Assembly: GCA_965648905.1 (NCBI GenBank)
Contig: CBFGIT010000001.1
Span: 64,001 to 128,000, forward strand
Direction of reading: 5' to 3'
Length of the DNA: 64,000 nt
Source of the DNA: a candidate division WOR-3 bacterium
GTDB taxonomy: Bacteria > Hydrothermota > Tepidihabitantia > Tepidihabitantales > Tepidihabitantaceae
The first letter of the stretch is position 1. Every line of letters starts with the position of its first letter. The position numbers and the translations under genes are program-made. The notes under the pieces are model-generated. The model was not told the DNA's origin. It made no database searches and worked only from the letters and a program-made list of their open reading frames with translations. Positions 9,359 through 19,451 of the stretch are shown piece after piece.

Positions 9359-10209
9359 CAGTGTATTCTCCTGTCTGCGAGGTCTGCAACAACCGACAAT
9401 GCCACGTGCGGGTTGACCAGGCTCGCAGTCCCGACCTGCACCATCTGCGCACCGGCACGCAGGAAGTCCTGCGCATCCCGGCCGCACATGATTCCGCCAC
9501 AACCGATGACCGGAATCTTCACCGCGCGGCTGACCCGGTCAACGCAGTACAGGGCGAACGGCTTGAGCGCGGGCCCGGAAATGCCGCCGGTCCGGCCGCC
9601 GAGAAAAGCCCGGCCCGAATCGTCCATGGCCATGCCGAACAGAGTATTGATCACCGTCACCGCATCGGCTCCGGCCGACTCGGCCGCACGCGCGGTCTCA
9701 GCCGGGTCAACGAAGTTGGCAGTGAGCTTGACGATAATGGTTTTCTCAGTTGCCCTGCGTGCGCGCCGCGTTATCTGTTCGACCAGTTTCGGGCTCTGGC
9801 CGAACGCTGCGCCGCCTTCGTTCACGTTGGGACACGAGACGTTCAGCTCAATCGCATCGACCCGCTCATGGTCCAGTCCGAGTACCAGCTCACGGTACTC
9901 GTCGACTGTGAAACCGGCAACGTTCACCACCACGCGACACTTGAGCCGGCCCAGTGACGGCAGGACACTATCCCGGAACGTCTGAAGTCCTGGGTTCTCA
10001 AGTCCGACCGAGTTGATGATTCCGCCCGGGAACTCATAGATTCTGGGCGGTGGATTGCCCGGCCGTGGCTCAAGTGTTATGCCTTTGGTGACCACGCCGC
10101 CGAGCCGGTTCGCAACAAAAGGGAACTGCAGGCCAAAGCCGAACGTGCCCGAGGCAGCCAGCACCGGGTTGGCGAATGTGGTCCGGCCGATGGTCACGCT
10201 GCGGGTCAC
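9358..10209 (-). CDS. pyrD: Dihydroorotate dehydrogenase, family 1B catalytic subunit
   Basis: ASGTFG, ELNVSCPN, GGISGPALKP. Confidence 0.95.
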   Translation of the reverse strand: MTRSVTIGRTTFANPVLAASGTFGFGLQFPFVANRLGGVVTKGITLEPRPGNPPPRIYEFPGGIINSVGLENPGLQTFRDSVLPSLGRLKCRVVVNVAGFTVDEYRELVLGLDHERVDAIELNVSCPNVNEGGAAFGQSPKLVEQITRRARRATEKTIIVKLTANFVDPAETARAAESAGADAVTVINTLFGMAMDDSGRAFLGGRTGGISGPALKPFALYCVDRVSRAVKIPVIGCGGIMCGRDAQDFLRAGAQMVQVGTASLVNPHVALSVVADLADRRIH

Positions 10210-10925
10210 AGCTCAACCTCGTTCAGTTGCACGACCGGCCCTTGTTCGCAGAAGCGCACAAACCCGCCGCCCTTTTTGGGCAGGGCGCAGCAGTAGCAGA
10301 TGCCGGTACCACAGCCCATCCGTTCCTCGACAAATCCCCAGACCGAAACCGGGTCAACTCGTCTCACCAGGTCGGCAAGCATCGGTCTGGGCCCGCACGC
10401 GAAAACAACCGGTTGCGATATTTTCTTGATACCGGGTTCGGCCAGTTCGGTCACCGGCCCGGCATACCCTAGGCTGCCGTCGTCGGTCGCGACGCGGACC
10501 GGAACTTCAAGCGCACGGAAGTCGCGCACTAGTATCAGTTGCTTTCTGGTCCGCGCACCGAGGAACACCCGGACACGATTAGAATGTGCCGACTGCCGAC
10601 ACAAGAACAGCAGCGGTGCTGCGCCGACCCCACCGCCGACAAGAAAGACATCACGGCCCTCAAACATCGGGGCCGGCTTACCCAGAGGCCCGAGCACGTC
10701 AAGCTCACTTCCCTGACCCAACGTTGCCAAGGCTGCCGTACCCCGGCCCTTGACCTGAAACACAAGCCGCAATCGGTCCTGTTCGACATCAGCCACGGAA
10801 ATCGGCCGCCGGAGCAAAGGGTCCGGGCCGGCCGACACCTTCACGTTGAGGAACTGCCCGGGCCTCACCCTGCGGGCGAGGTGCGGCTCTCTTATCCAGA
10901 ACGAAAAAATGCCCGCGGCGAGCAT
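10206..10925 (-). CDS. pyrK: Dihydroorotate dehydrogenase electron transfer subunit
   Basis: RRPIS, GGGVGAAP, CGP and MGCGTGICYCC 2Fe-2S motif. True start may lie slightly upstream. Confidence 0.92.
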   Translation of the reverse strand: MLAAGIFSFWIREPHLARRVRPGQFLNVKVSAGPDPLLRRPISVADVEQDRLRLVFQVKGRGTAALATLGQGSELDVLGPLGKPAPMFEGRDVFLVGGGVGAAPLLFLCRQSAHSNRVRVFLGARTRKQLILVRDFRALEVPVRVATDDGSLGYAGPVTELAEPGIKKISQPVVFACGPRPMLADLVRRVDPVSVWGFVEERMGCGTGICYCCALPKKGGGFVRFCEQGPVVQLNEVEL

Positions 10926-10957
10926 GCGGGCGTCGACAATCCTCGCCTGATGCTGGC

Positions 10958-12982
10958 CTAGCGGGTGCGCGATTCCACCCTCCGGTCCAGCCAGTACTCC
11001 TCAGGTCCGGTCGAACGCAGGTCCTGCTTTCCTCGGCTCCGCACCGTGATGCGCGTCTCGGCGATACCGGCATCAACCAGATATTTCCTTACTGCCTGTG
11101 CCCGACGCAGCCCGAGCGCCATGTTGTACTCGTCTGTGCCGCGTGGGTCGCAGTGACCGACCAGTTCGACCCGGACGTCCGTGTTCGCTTTCAGGAACGC
11201 GACCAGTGCCTCGAGGCTGTCGGCCTCGCCGCGGATGGCCGCACTGTCGGTCTCGAAGTACGCAGCAATCCGGCGGCTCGTATCCGCTGACGGTCTCGCC
11301 ATTGTACTCTCGGCTTTGAGCTCGGAACTCGACGTCTGGGACACGGCAACCGCGGTGTCCGGCTGGGAGACCTGGGTTTGCGGTTCGGGCTTTGGTGTCC
11401 TGGGCTTCTGTTGCTCCTCGACCGGTTCGGGCATGAACTGGGCAGTGCCGGTTGCCTCATCCACGCGCTCACGCATCCGGTCGCGGCCGGGCATTTTCGG
11501 CCGGTGCGGGAACGCATCCGGCTCTCCGGGCACCAGTCCGGCGTGTTCCTCGATTTCCTCCAGTCTCTGTTCACGAGTCGCGGGCGTCTTGCCAGCCTGT
11601 GACGCCAGTTTCATGGTGTCGGCCCGGGTCGTGTCCGCTCGGGGCTCAGGCTTTTTCTTCTCCCGTTTGGGAACCGGCAGACCAAGCCAGGCCCTTGACG
11701 CATCAGCATACTCGGTCTCGGGAAACTCGGCGATGACCTTGCGCAGCAGTGGTTCGGTTCCAGAGGTGTCGTGCTTGACGTTGCGCAGAATCCACGCTTT
11801 CGCAAACAGCCCTTTGGCTGCCCACTCGGTACCGGGGAACGAATCGTAGACCTTCTGGTACAGCTCGATTGCTCCGTCATAGTCGCCAAGGTTCAGGTTG
11901 TGAACTTCGGCCAATAGAAACGCCGCCTCAGCCGGCTCACGCTTGCCCGCCTGCTGCTGAGTGAAGGCGTCGAGCAGGGAGAGGCGCTTGACCGCAAGCA
12001 CGCCGTAGTCGGAGTCGACCCGTCGCAGCCGGGCAGTGTCGTAGTAGGCTCGAGCCTTTTCGAACTCACTGCTCTCCTCGTAGTGCTTGCCGATACGGAA
12101 GTTCGCCTCAGCGCCTTTGTCATTAGCACCCCGCACCCTGGCCCAGGCGGCAATTGCCTCGCTCGGCCGGCCTGACCGGTCGTGCGACTTGCCCAGAATC
12201 AGGTTCGCCTCATCGTCGAGCTCGCTGTACCTGCCCAAGAGGTCCTGCACCTGCCCAATCGCCTCGTTGTACCGGCCCAGCTCATACCGGCAGGCCGCAA
12301 TCCTGAGTCGGGCAAGCGCCCGCTCTTTCGGGTCCTGAGCGAGGCGCACGTACCGCGTATACCACTCCTCGGCTTCGGCAAACCGACCGAGGTTCAGGCA
12401 GGCGTCGGCGAGCAGTTTCACCGCTTCGCGCCGGCGAACCGACTTCGGATACCGCTCGTAGAACCGGGCCAGTGAGTCAACCGCCTGTTCGGGCTCGTCC
12501 CGGTCCAGAAACGACCGGGCCAGGGCGAAAGCTGCCGCGTCGGCCAGGCGCCGATGCCGGGCCCTGACTTCGTCGAGGCGGACACGGGCCGGGCCGTACT
12601 GCTTGTCGGCAAGCAACGCAAGCCCATAGTGAAGCTCGGCCTCCGGCACCAGCCCGGAACCGGAAAAAGCCAGGCTCAACTGGTCGAAGTGACGTATTGC
12701 CTTCGAGTAAGCTCCCTGCTGGTAGTAGCTCATGCCGATAAGAAAGAGCGCATCGTCGGCCCAGCGCGAGCGGGGCCAGCGCTTCAAGACCAGGGCGGAC
12801 TTCTCGATTGCCTTCTCGAATTTGGCTTTGGCCTGAGTGTTCTGTTCTGCCGCTTTCAGCTTCAGCCCGTCCCGGTAGCAGCCCTGGGCATTGTAGAAAG
12901 TGTTGAAATAGGCGCAGGAGGAAACCAGCGCCAGCGACAGCGGCAGCAGTCGCAGAAAAATGGTCCGGGGAAAACTGGTCAA
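10958..12982 (-). CDS. TPR-repeat lipoprotein with C-terminal OmpA/Pal peptidoglycan-binding domain
   Basis: Lipobox-like VSSC-AYFNTFYNA, multiple TPRs, GHCDPRGTDEYNMALGLRRA...RRVE. Confidence 0.85.
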   Translation of the reverse strand: MTSFPRTIFLRLLPLSLALVSSCAYFNTFYNAQGCYRDGLKLKAAEQNTQAKAKFEKAIEKSALVLKRWPRSRWADDALFLIGMSYYQQGAYSKAIRHFDQLSLAFSGSGLVPEAELHYGLALLADKQYGPARVRLDEVRARHRRLADAAAFALARSFLDRDEPEQAVDSLARFYERYPKSVRRREAVKLLADACLNLGRFAEAEEWYTRYVRLAQDPKERALARLRIAACRYELGRYNEAIGQVQDLLGRYSELDDEANLILGKSHDRSGRPSEAIAAWARVRGANDKGAEANFRIGKHYEESSEFEKARAYYDTARLRRVDSDYGVLAVKRLSLLDAFTQQQAGKREPAEAAFLLAEVHNLNLGDYDGAIELYQKVYDSFPGTEWAAKGLFAKAWILRNVKHDTSGTEPLLRKVIAEFPETEYADASRAWLGLPVPKREKKKPEPRADTTRADTMKLASQAGKTPATREQRLEEIEEHAGLVPGEPDAFPHRPKMPGRDRMRERVDEATGTAQFMPEPVEEQQKPRTPKPEPQTQVSQPDTAVAVSQTSSSELKAESTMARPSADTSRRIAAYFETDSAAIRGEADSLEALVAFLKANTDVRVELVGHCDPRGTDEYNMALGLRRAQAVRKYLVDAGIAETRITVRSRGKQDLRSTGPEEYWLDRRVESRTR

Positions 12983-13074
12983 ACTGCTCTCGTGGTAAAG
13001 TTATACCGGAACTGTCTGGTGAGTCAAGGGACACTGTCCTGGCGTCCAGCCTGGGAAGTCGCATCCGGGTCGGT

Positions 13075-13103
13075 TTGACTCCGCCCTTGCGCCGTCTTAC
13101 AAT
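13075..13103 (+). promoter_or_regulatory. Sigma70-like promoter
   Basis: TTGACT-17 nt-TACAAT. AAGGAG RBS precedes TTG 13163. Confidence 0.65.
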
Positions 13104-13162
13104 ACTAGCCTGTGCGTTGTTGACGGTCGACCCAGTCTAGAAACGACGCCAAAGGAGTCTAC

Positions 13163-15376
13163 TTGAGGAAGAAACTGTCTGTTCTGTTTGTCCTGTTCGC
13201 CTTGTGCGCGCCGCTTGCCGCGCAATGGGTAAGCATCGGCCCGCACGGCGGCCCGGTCTACTGCGGCACGGTTACGCCCGGAACCCCGCCCGCGCTGTAT
13301 TTGGCCTCGACCAACACCAGCTATCCGCTGCTCAAGTCCACCGACTACGGTGCGACCTGGGCCACAACGACTGCTGCCCTGGCCAATTACCCGAGAATGC
13401 TAGTTTCCCATCCGACCGACCCAAACCGGCTCTACGGTATCGTCAGCAGCACGTTCTACCGCACGACCGACGGCGGCGCGAGCTGGCTCACGTCTTCGCT
13501 CGGCTCGAACACGAACGGCAACGACATCGCCGTCAATCCGCTCAACCCGGATGTCATCTACGTCGTCTGCTACAAGTACGACGGCGCGGCCTGGAAGCCG
13601 ACCGCCGCCAAGAGCACGAACGGCGGGTCCACCTGGGTGACGACCCAGCTCGACACGCTCACCAGCAGCACGATGTACTCCTGTGCGGTTGACCCGGTCG
13701 ACACAAACGTCGTCTACATGGGCGGCTATGTCAACGGCATGACCGCGGTCTACAAGTCGACCGACTGCGGCTCAACCTGGACCCTCTGCACTTTCCCGGC
13801 CAACTACAACTACGTCTATTCGCTGTTCGTCAGCCCGGTTGACCACAACATCGTCTTCGCCGGCGTGCTCTCCGGTATCTGCCGCTCGACCGACGCGGGC
13901 GCGACCTGGACCCGAATGAGCACCGCAAGCTACAACTACCGCATCGTGGCCGCGCCGGATAACCCGGATATCATGTACTCGGCGGCCTACTCAAACGTCT
14001 ACCGCTCGACCAACGGCGGCCTCAACTGGGCGGTCGCGGGCTCTGGTATCCAGGGCACGACGATTCGCACCGTGCTTGCCCCACCGGGCGCTGACGGCAC
14101 GGTTCTTGCCGGTTCGACTGCCGGCATGTTCAAGTCCACCGATTACGGCGCGACCTGGACCGCAGCCAACTCCGGCATTACGATCGGCAAGATCCCGGTC
14201 GTCGCAGTCAACCCGCATGAACCCGCAACCGTTCATGCCGAGTTCACCGACAACGACGTCTTCAAAACGACCGACGACGGCCTGACCTGGACGCCGCAGA
14301 ACACTCCGCTCTCATGCGGCAGTGTCTGCGCCATCGCGTTCGACCGTAACAACTCGCAACGCATCTGGATGCTCGAAGGGTCCGGCTGAGGCACCGCCGA
14401 GCTCTTCAAGAGCACCAACGGCGGCGCCGCTTGGACAACAATCGAAAGCTGGATGAACGACGGCGGTTACATGGCCGTCTCTCCCCACAGCTCTGATATC
14501 ATCTTCTGCGTCGGCAACGTTTACAACTCGGCCTACTTTTTTGCCGTGTCGCATACGTCGGACGGCGCGACGTTTGAACACGACACCATCGCGCTCGGTA
14601 CGCGCGGCTGGACAGTTGCCTTCGACCCGGTTGACCCAAATCGGGTCTATGTCGGTGGCGACTCGGCCTACAGCTACCCGTGCCTGCTTGTCACCACCGA
14701 CTGCGGCACGACCTGGACCATGAGCCGCACCGGGCTGGCCGGCGCGGTCTGGACAATTGCCGTTGACCCGACCGACCCGCAGCGGGTCTACACCGGCACG
14801 AACAACGGGGTATTCCGCTCCACCAACGCCGGCGCAACCTGGTCTGCAACCAGCCTGACCCAGCAGACAAGGTCTCTTGCCGTCGACCCGAACCACCCGG
14901 AGAACATCTTTGCCGGAACCTACGGCCAGGGCGTGTACGCTTCGACCGACCGCGGCGCAACCTGGACCCCGATGAACGAAGGCCTGACCAACCCAAGAAT
15001 CCTCTCCGTGTCGCTGCGGCCGGGCATCGAGAATACGGTCTTTGTCGGCACTGAAGGCGGCTCGGTCTTCCGCACCTCGCTCCCGACCGCCCTGTCCGGA
15101 CCTTCGTGCTTCGGACTTCGGCCTTCGGACTTCACCGTCACGCCCAACCCGCTCAGAGCCGGCCTGGCAACGCTGAAGCTGAGCGGGCAAGCGGCCCGGG
15201 GTCCGGTGACGGTCAGTATCATCGACGTCTCCGGTCGCCTCGTTCATCACTCGTCGCTCATCACTCATCGCTCCGCCATCCCTCTTGACCTGCGTGGCCT
15301 GAGCGCCGGGGTCTACACGGTGCGTTTGACCGCCGGCGGTTGCTCGGTCAGTCAGAAACTCGTACTCCAGCACTAG
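13163..15376 (+). CDS. Secreted BNR/Asp-box (VPS10-like) beta-propeller with C-terminal sorting-like domain; putative selenoprotein (in-frame TGA 14387-14389)
   Basis: ORFs 13163..14389 and 14453..15376 share a frame. Linker GSG*GTAELFKSTNGGAAW contains an intact Asp-box. Many S-x-D/N-x-G-x-T-W repeats. Hairpin follows the TGA. Confidence 0.75.
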
Positions 15377-15404
15377 CTCGAACCGGCACGGGCGCCGACT
15401 CATT

Positions 15405-15428
15405 CGGGGCGGCCTTCGGGCCGCCCCG
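15405..15428. terminator. GC-rich hairpin between convergent genes
   Basis: Perfect stem CGGGGCGGCC-TTCG-GGCCGCCCCG. No clear U tract. Confidence 0.55.
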
Positions 15429-15760
15429 ACCCGTCTTGCCAAGACCGGATGCTGGCCCGGCTGTCAAGCTCTGCGCTGACCGCCCCGCTTTCGTCGGTTG
15501 GCTGGTCGCGGCTCGCAGGTTCGCGGCCGGCGTTGTCACTATCGATCGGCGGCTCAGAACTGTCACTGCCACCATCGTCGGCTTGCCCGGCCGGAGCAGT
15601 CCGGCTGGAGCCGTGACGCCACGCCTCACCGCCTGCCGCTGCAGCGCAACTTAGGTTACGGCATGTGGCTCTGAGAATTCCTAGGGACGCGGGCGTGGTC
15701 GCGGTGTCCCGGAATGACAAGTGGCGGCACAAAGGCCGCCACTTGGAGCCTTGCAGCGGA

Positions 15761-18157
15761 CTAGCGCTGGAGCACGAGTTTCTGACTGACCGAGCAACCG
15801 CCGGCGGTCAAACGCACCGTGTAGACCCCAGCGGACAGAGCGCGCAGGTCAAGGGAAAATGACGAAGTCCGAATGACGAATGACGAATGCAGCACGACGC
15901 GGCCGAGGACGTCGACGACCGAAAGCGTCGCGGTCTGGCCGGGCGGGACGTGAGTGTGCAGCAGGGCCTGGCCCCGCACCGGGTTAGTGCCGAGGCGCAA
16001 CAGGACGCGCTCCGGAACCTCGCCGGCCTCGACGCCGACGAGGTCGTCGCGGTAGACGGCCAGCCTGTCCTCGCGGTCGCTGGCAAAGACGCGGTTGTCG
16101 ATGATGTTCCACGCGAAATTGTAGGGGCCACTGAGACCGCCGAGGCTGGCGATGACTGAGTCGGTACGGCAGTCAACGACGTTCACACCGCCCAATGAGC
16201 CGAGATAGAGCTTGTCGTTCCGATCGTTCATCAGCCCGGCCTGGTTGACGCCGGCCAGGATGGTGCGGATGAACGTATTGGTGTTGCAGTCGAGGACAAG
16301 GGTCGAGCTCAGGCGGCACAGGTAGGCTTTGTTGAGCGTGCGGTTCCAGAACAAGGTGTCCACGTCAAAGGCGAGCGTCTCCAGGCGAACCAGGGTGTCG
16401 GCCCGTGAGTCGAAGATGTAGAGCCGGTTGTCGCGGTCATTCGCAACGTAGACCAGCGCGTTGGCGGGGTTGGCAAACATCCTCATGCCGCGGCTCTGTC
16501 TGCCGGCCGGAACCCGCGCAGTCACGGCACAACTGACCGGGTCGATGACGGCAACGGTGGGCGCGGCCGACGAGTACACCCCGCAGTAGAAACGGTTGAC
16601 CGTGGGCTGGTACGCCGCGCATGGCACGTTGTTGCCCAGCTCGATGGTGGCGACGAATGAGTCGCGCAGGCAGTCGTAGACGAAGACCGCACTGGCGTCC
16701 CGCCGCGGGAAGACGAAGACGCGGTTCAGGTCCTGGTGCAACAGCGCAATCGGGTCGTCCACTGCGCCCATCGGCACCGACCGAAGCAGGCTGTCCTGGT
16801 TGCAGTCGATTACCCACAGGCTGCCGCGGTCCGCGATGTAGAGCCGGTTGAGAGCCGGGTTGAGCACCGGATAGGGTCTTGTGTCGACCAGCCCGACCGG
16901 GATGTCTTTGAGCACCTGGTTGTCCGGACCCAGCACCCGCACGATGTCAAGAGTGGGCATCAGAAGATACAGCTTGTTGCCGGCCGGGTTGTGGATGAGA
17001 TTTCGAATCTGGTAGAAGACGTAGTCGATGTACGCCTTGACTGTGTCGCCTGAGCCGTCGATGATGGCAGCGTAGTCGCGGGAGAACGCCGAGTAAAGCT
17101 CGTTGCGCAGGGCCGAGAACTGAACTACTTGCGGCGTACCGCGCGTTGTCGGAATGACGGCGGCAACGGTGTCGGTAGAGTCGACGATGGTCACGTAACG
17201 GTCATCATACGTGCCGAGATAGATACGGCCGTCGGTCGGGCTGCAGGTGATGCTGGTTGCGGCCCAATCCAGTTCGAGTTCGCGGCGAACCGAGTCGGTG
17301 GCTGCGTCCACGATGTTCAGGGAGTAGTCTTCGTACGCCGTTGAGTACAGCCGGTCATAGATTGGGTTGTACACAAGGAGCCGGGTCGGTTCATGGGCCT
17401 CGATTGAACGCAGTAGACGCATGGAGTCCACGTCGACCACGAGTATCTGGAACCCGTCGCCCTGGCCGCAGTAGAGCTTGCGTGCCGAAGGCTTGGCCGC
17501 AAAGCTGTAGACGTTCTCTTCTCCGCCCGAAACGCAGCCGACCAGTGTGTCGGCCGAGCAGTCGAACACGAGCAGGTCTGAGGTGTCGCTGGTCCCGGCG
17601 ACATAGAGCCGGTTGTTCAGCTCTTCCCAGAAGATGCCGGTCGGGTCGTTGTCGAAGTCCAGGCCAGCAATGAGCGTGTCGGCCTCGGCGTCGAATGCGA
17701 CCACCGAAAAAGACTGGGCCGGATTGAACGAGAGGTAGAGCTTGCGCGAGGTCGGACTGTACGCCATGCCGGCAAGAGAGCCGAAGTCTTCGATGTCGAG
17801 AGCACGAACCACGGTATCGGCGCGCGCATCAACGACCAGGATACTGTCGCTGTAGAATCCGCCGAGGTAGACTTTCTCGACGCCCGGGCAGTAGAGGGCA
17901 CGGTCGAACTCGCCCGGGATGAGCGGCAGCTTCTCGCCGGTCGCAGGGTCGAAGCGCAGCGTACCATACGAGAAGTCATTTCGGTTCATGACATACACCC
18001 GACCGGTGAGTGGATTCTCAAGCACCTGCGACGGAGAAAGCAGATAGCCGGTCGAATCGGAGAACTTGATGATGGTGTCGAGCCACTGGGCGTGGACCGG
18101 GAATGGGAGGATGCACCCGAGGAAGAGAGCGAGCACGAAAGCACGAAGTGCTCTCAT
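15761..18157 (-). CDS. Secreted YncE/YVTN-type beta-propeller with C-terminal sorting-like domain
   Basis: Signal peptide, repeated NKLY/NRLY...VIDC..DS units, CTD ending GVYTVRL...KLVLQR, GGAGG RBS. Confidence 0.85.
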   Translation of the reverse strand: MRALRAFVLALFLGCILPFPVHAQWLDTIIKFSDSTGYLLSPSQVLENPLTGRVYVMNRNDFSYGTLRFDPATGEKLPLIPGEFDRALYCPGVEKVYLGGFYSDSILVVDARADTVVRALDIEDFGSLAGMAYSPTSRKLYLSFNPAQSFSVVAFDAEADTLIAGLDFDNDPTGIFWEELNNRLYVAGTSDTSDLLVFDCSADTLVGCVSGGEENVYSFAAKPSARKLYCGQGDGFQILVVDVDSMRLLRSIEAHEPTRLLVYNPIYDRLYSTAYEDYSLNIVDAATDSVRRELELDWAATSITCSPTDGRIYLGTYDDRYVTIVDSTDTVAAVIPTTRGTPQVVQFSALRNELYSAFSRDYAAIIDGSGDTVKAYIDYVFYQIRNLIHNPAGNKLYLLMPTLDIVRVLGPDNQVLKDIPVGLVDTRPYPVLNPALNRLYIADRGSLWVIDCNQDSLLRSVPMGAVDDPIALLHQDLNRVFVFPRRDASAVFVYDCLRDSFVATIELGNNVPCAAYQPTVNRFYCGVYSSAAPTVAVIDPVSCAVTARVPAGRQSRGMRMFANPANALVYVANDRDNRLYIFDSRADTLVRLETLAFDVDTLFWNRTLNKAYLCRLSSTLVLDCNTNTFIRTILAGVNQAGLMNDRNDKLYLGSLGGVNVVDCRTDSVIASLGGLSGPYNFAWNIIDNRVFASDREDRLAVYRDDLVGVEAGEVPERVLLRLGTNPVRGQALLHTHVPPGQTATLSVVDVLGRVVLHSSFVIRTSSFSLDLRALSAGVYTVRLTAGGCSVSQKLVLQR

Positions 18158-18382
18158 AGTGCCTCCAGGTTCTGGCGCGGCACGAGCCGCGTCGCTTGAC
18201 TGAACGCCTGGGCGAGTCCCGGGCGCGGCGGGCTGACGGTCAGAGGCCGGACCGGCCCGGAGTTGCCCCTGTCAACACATAATGATGCCGCCGTTTGTCG
18301 GCATTGTCAATCGGGACGAGTCCGGCGCACGCGGCCCAGGCCAGCATCATTGACTGACCGCAGTCTGCCGGTAGAATGGGCC

Positions 18383-19438
18383 GTGCCTAAGAGTCCAGCC
18401 GGTTCGACCGGTGTCCGCCCGGCCCGCAGTCCTGAGCCGGTGTATGTGCTGCTTGGTGATGACCGCCGGGCGGCAGATGAGTTCATTCAGGAGATGAAGA
18501 AAGCACTGGTCGCGCCCGGGTTCGAGCCTTTTGACCTGGAGGAGTTCCACGCCGAGGACGTCCCGGTCCAGCAGGCGCTGCAGCACATGCGCCAGCCGCC
18601 GGTCGGGTCAGCCCGGCGGCTCGTGGTCATGCGCTCGGCCGACACGCTCGGCAAGTCGGCTCTTACCGAGCTCGTCCGCGGTCTGGCCCGGCTGCCGGCC
18701 GGGTCGTGCACCGCGGTCGTGACGTGCGCGTGGAGCCGGCCCGTGGCCGATGCGCTGGCTGCGGCCGGGCTGGCTCGGTCGGTCGTGAATCTGAAGCCGC
18801 CCCAGGGCAGTGAGCTGGTCAGCCGGGTCAGGAGCTGGGCCACCGGGCTTGGTCTTGACATCGCGCCCGACGCGGTCGGGCTGCTCCTCGAGCTTGCGGG
18901 CAGCGATACGACCCTGCTCTGGGGTGAGCTTGAGAAGCTCGCGACCGCGGTTGAGCCCGGAACCCGAATCGACGCCGCGACGGTCCGGCGACTGGCCGGC
19001 CGGTCGCGCGACTTCGAGCTGAAGGAGTACATCGATAGCCTGGCACAGGGCAAGCCGGCGCGGGCGCTTGCGGTGCTGGCCCGGCTCGAGGCCTGGGGCG
19101 AGCAGCCGCACCAGATTGTCGGCTGGCTCGTCACCAGCCTGCTCCGACGGGCCGAAGACCTGACCCGCGGCCGCGAAGAAGAGCGGCAGGCAGAGCTCAC
19201 CCATGTCCGGCGGATGATGCACCAGCTCTACGACGTCAACCGGGCCCTGCTGTCCGGCCATCCCGAGCCGTTTGTGCTGCTTTCGCTGTTCACGGTCTGT
19301 TCCTGCTGCCTGGACCGCGGGCCGGCCTGCCGGCTGAGCAGCCACGGCAGAGTGCCGGACTTCTGTCTGCGCCGTCAGCAGTGGCGAAGCAGGAGGGGCA
19401 GGCGAGGCAAGAGGCAGAAGGCGGAGTGCCAAGCGTAG
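18383..19438 (+). CDS. holA: DNA polymerase III subunit delta
   Basis: VYVLLGDD, RRLVV, ELEKL. Start moved to GTG 18383, just after TTGACT-16-TAGAAT. Confidence 0.8.
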   Translation: MPKSPAGSTGVRPARSPEPVYVLLGDDRRAADEFIQEMKKALVAPGFEPFDLEEFHAEDVPVQQALQHMRQPPVGSARRLVVMRSADTLGKSALTELVRGLARLPAGSCTAVVTCAWSRPVADALAAAGLARSVVNLKPPQGSELVSRVRSWATGLGLDIAPDAVGLLLELAGSDTTLLWGELEKLATAVEPGTRIDAATVRRLAGRSRDFELKEYIDSLAQGKPARALAVLARLEAWGEQPHQIVGWLVTSLLRRAEDLTRGREEERQAELTHVRRMMHQLYDVNRALLSGHPEPFVLLSLFTVCSCCLDRGPACRLSSHGRVPDFCLRRQQWRSRRGRRGKRQKAECQA

Positions 19439-19451
19439 AAGGAACCGAAGA

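Noticed and set aside
15377..15760. Small ORFs between the convergent CTD genes
   Set aside because: Low-complexity translations with no RBS or family motif, so coding status is unsupported.
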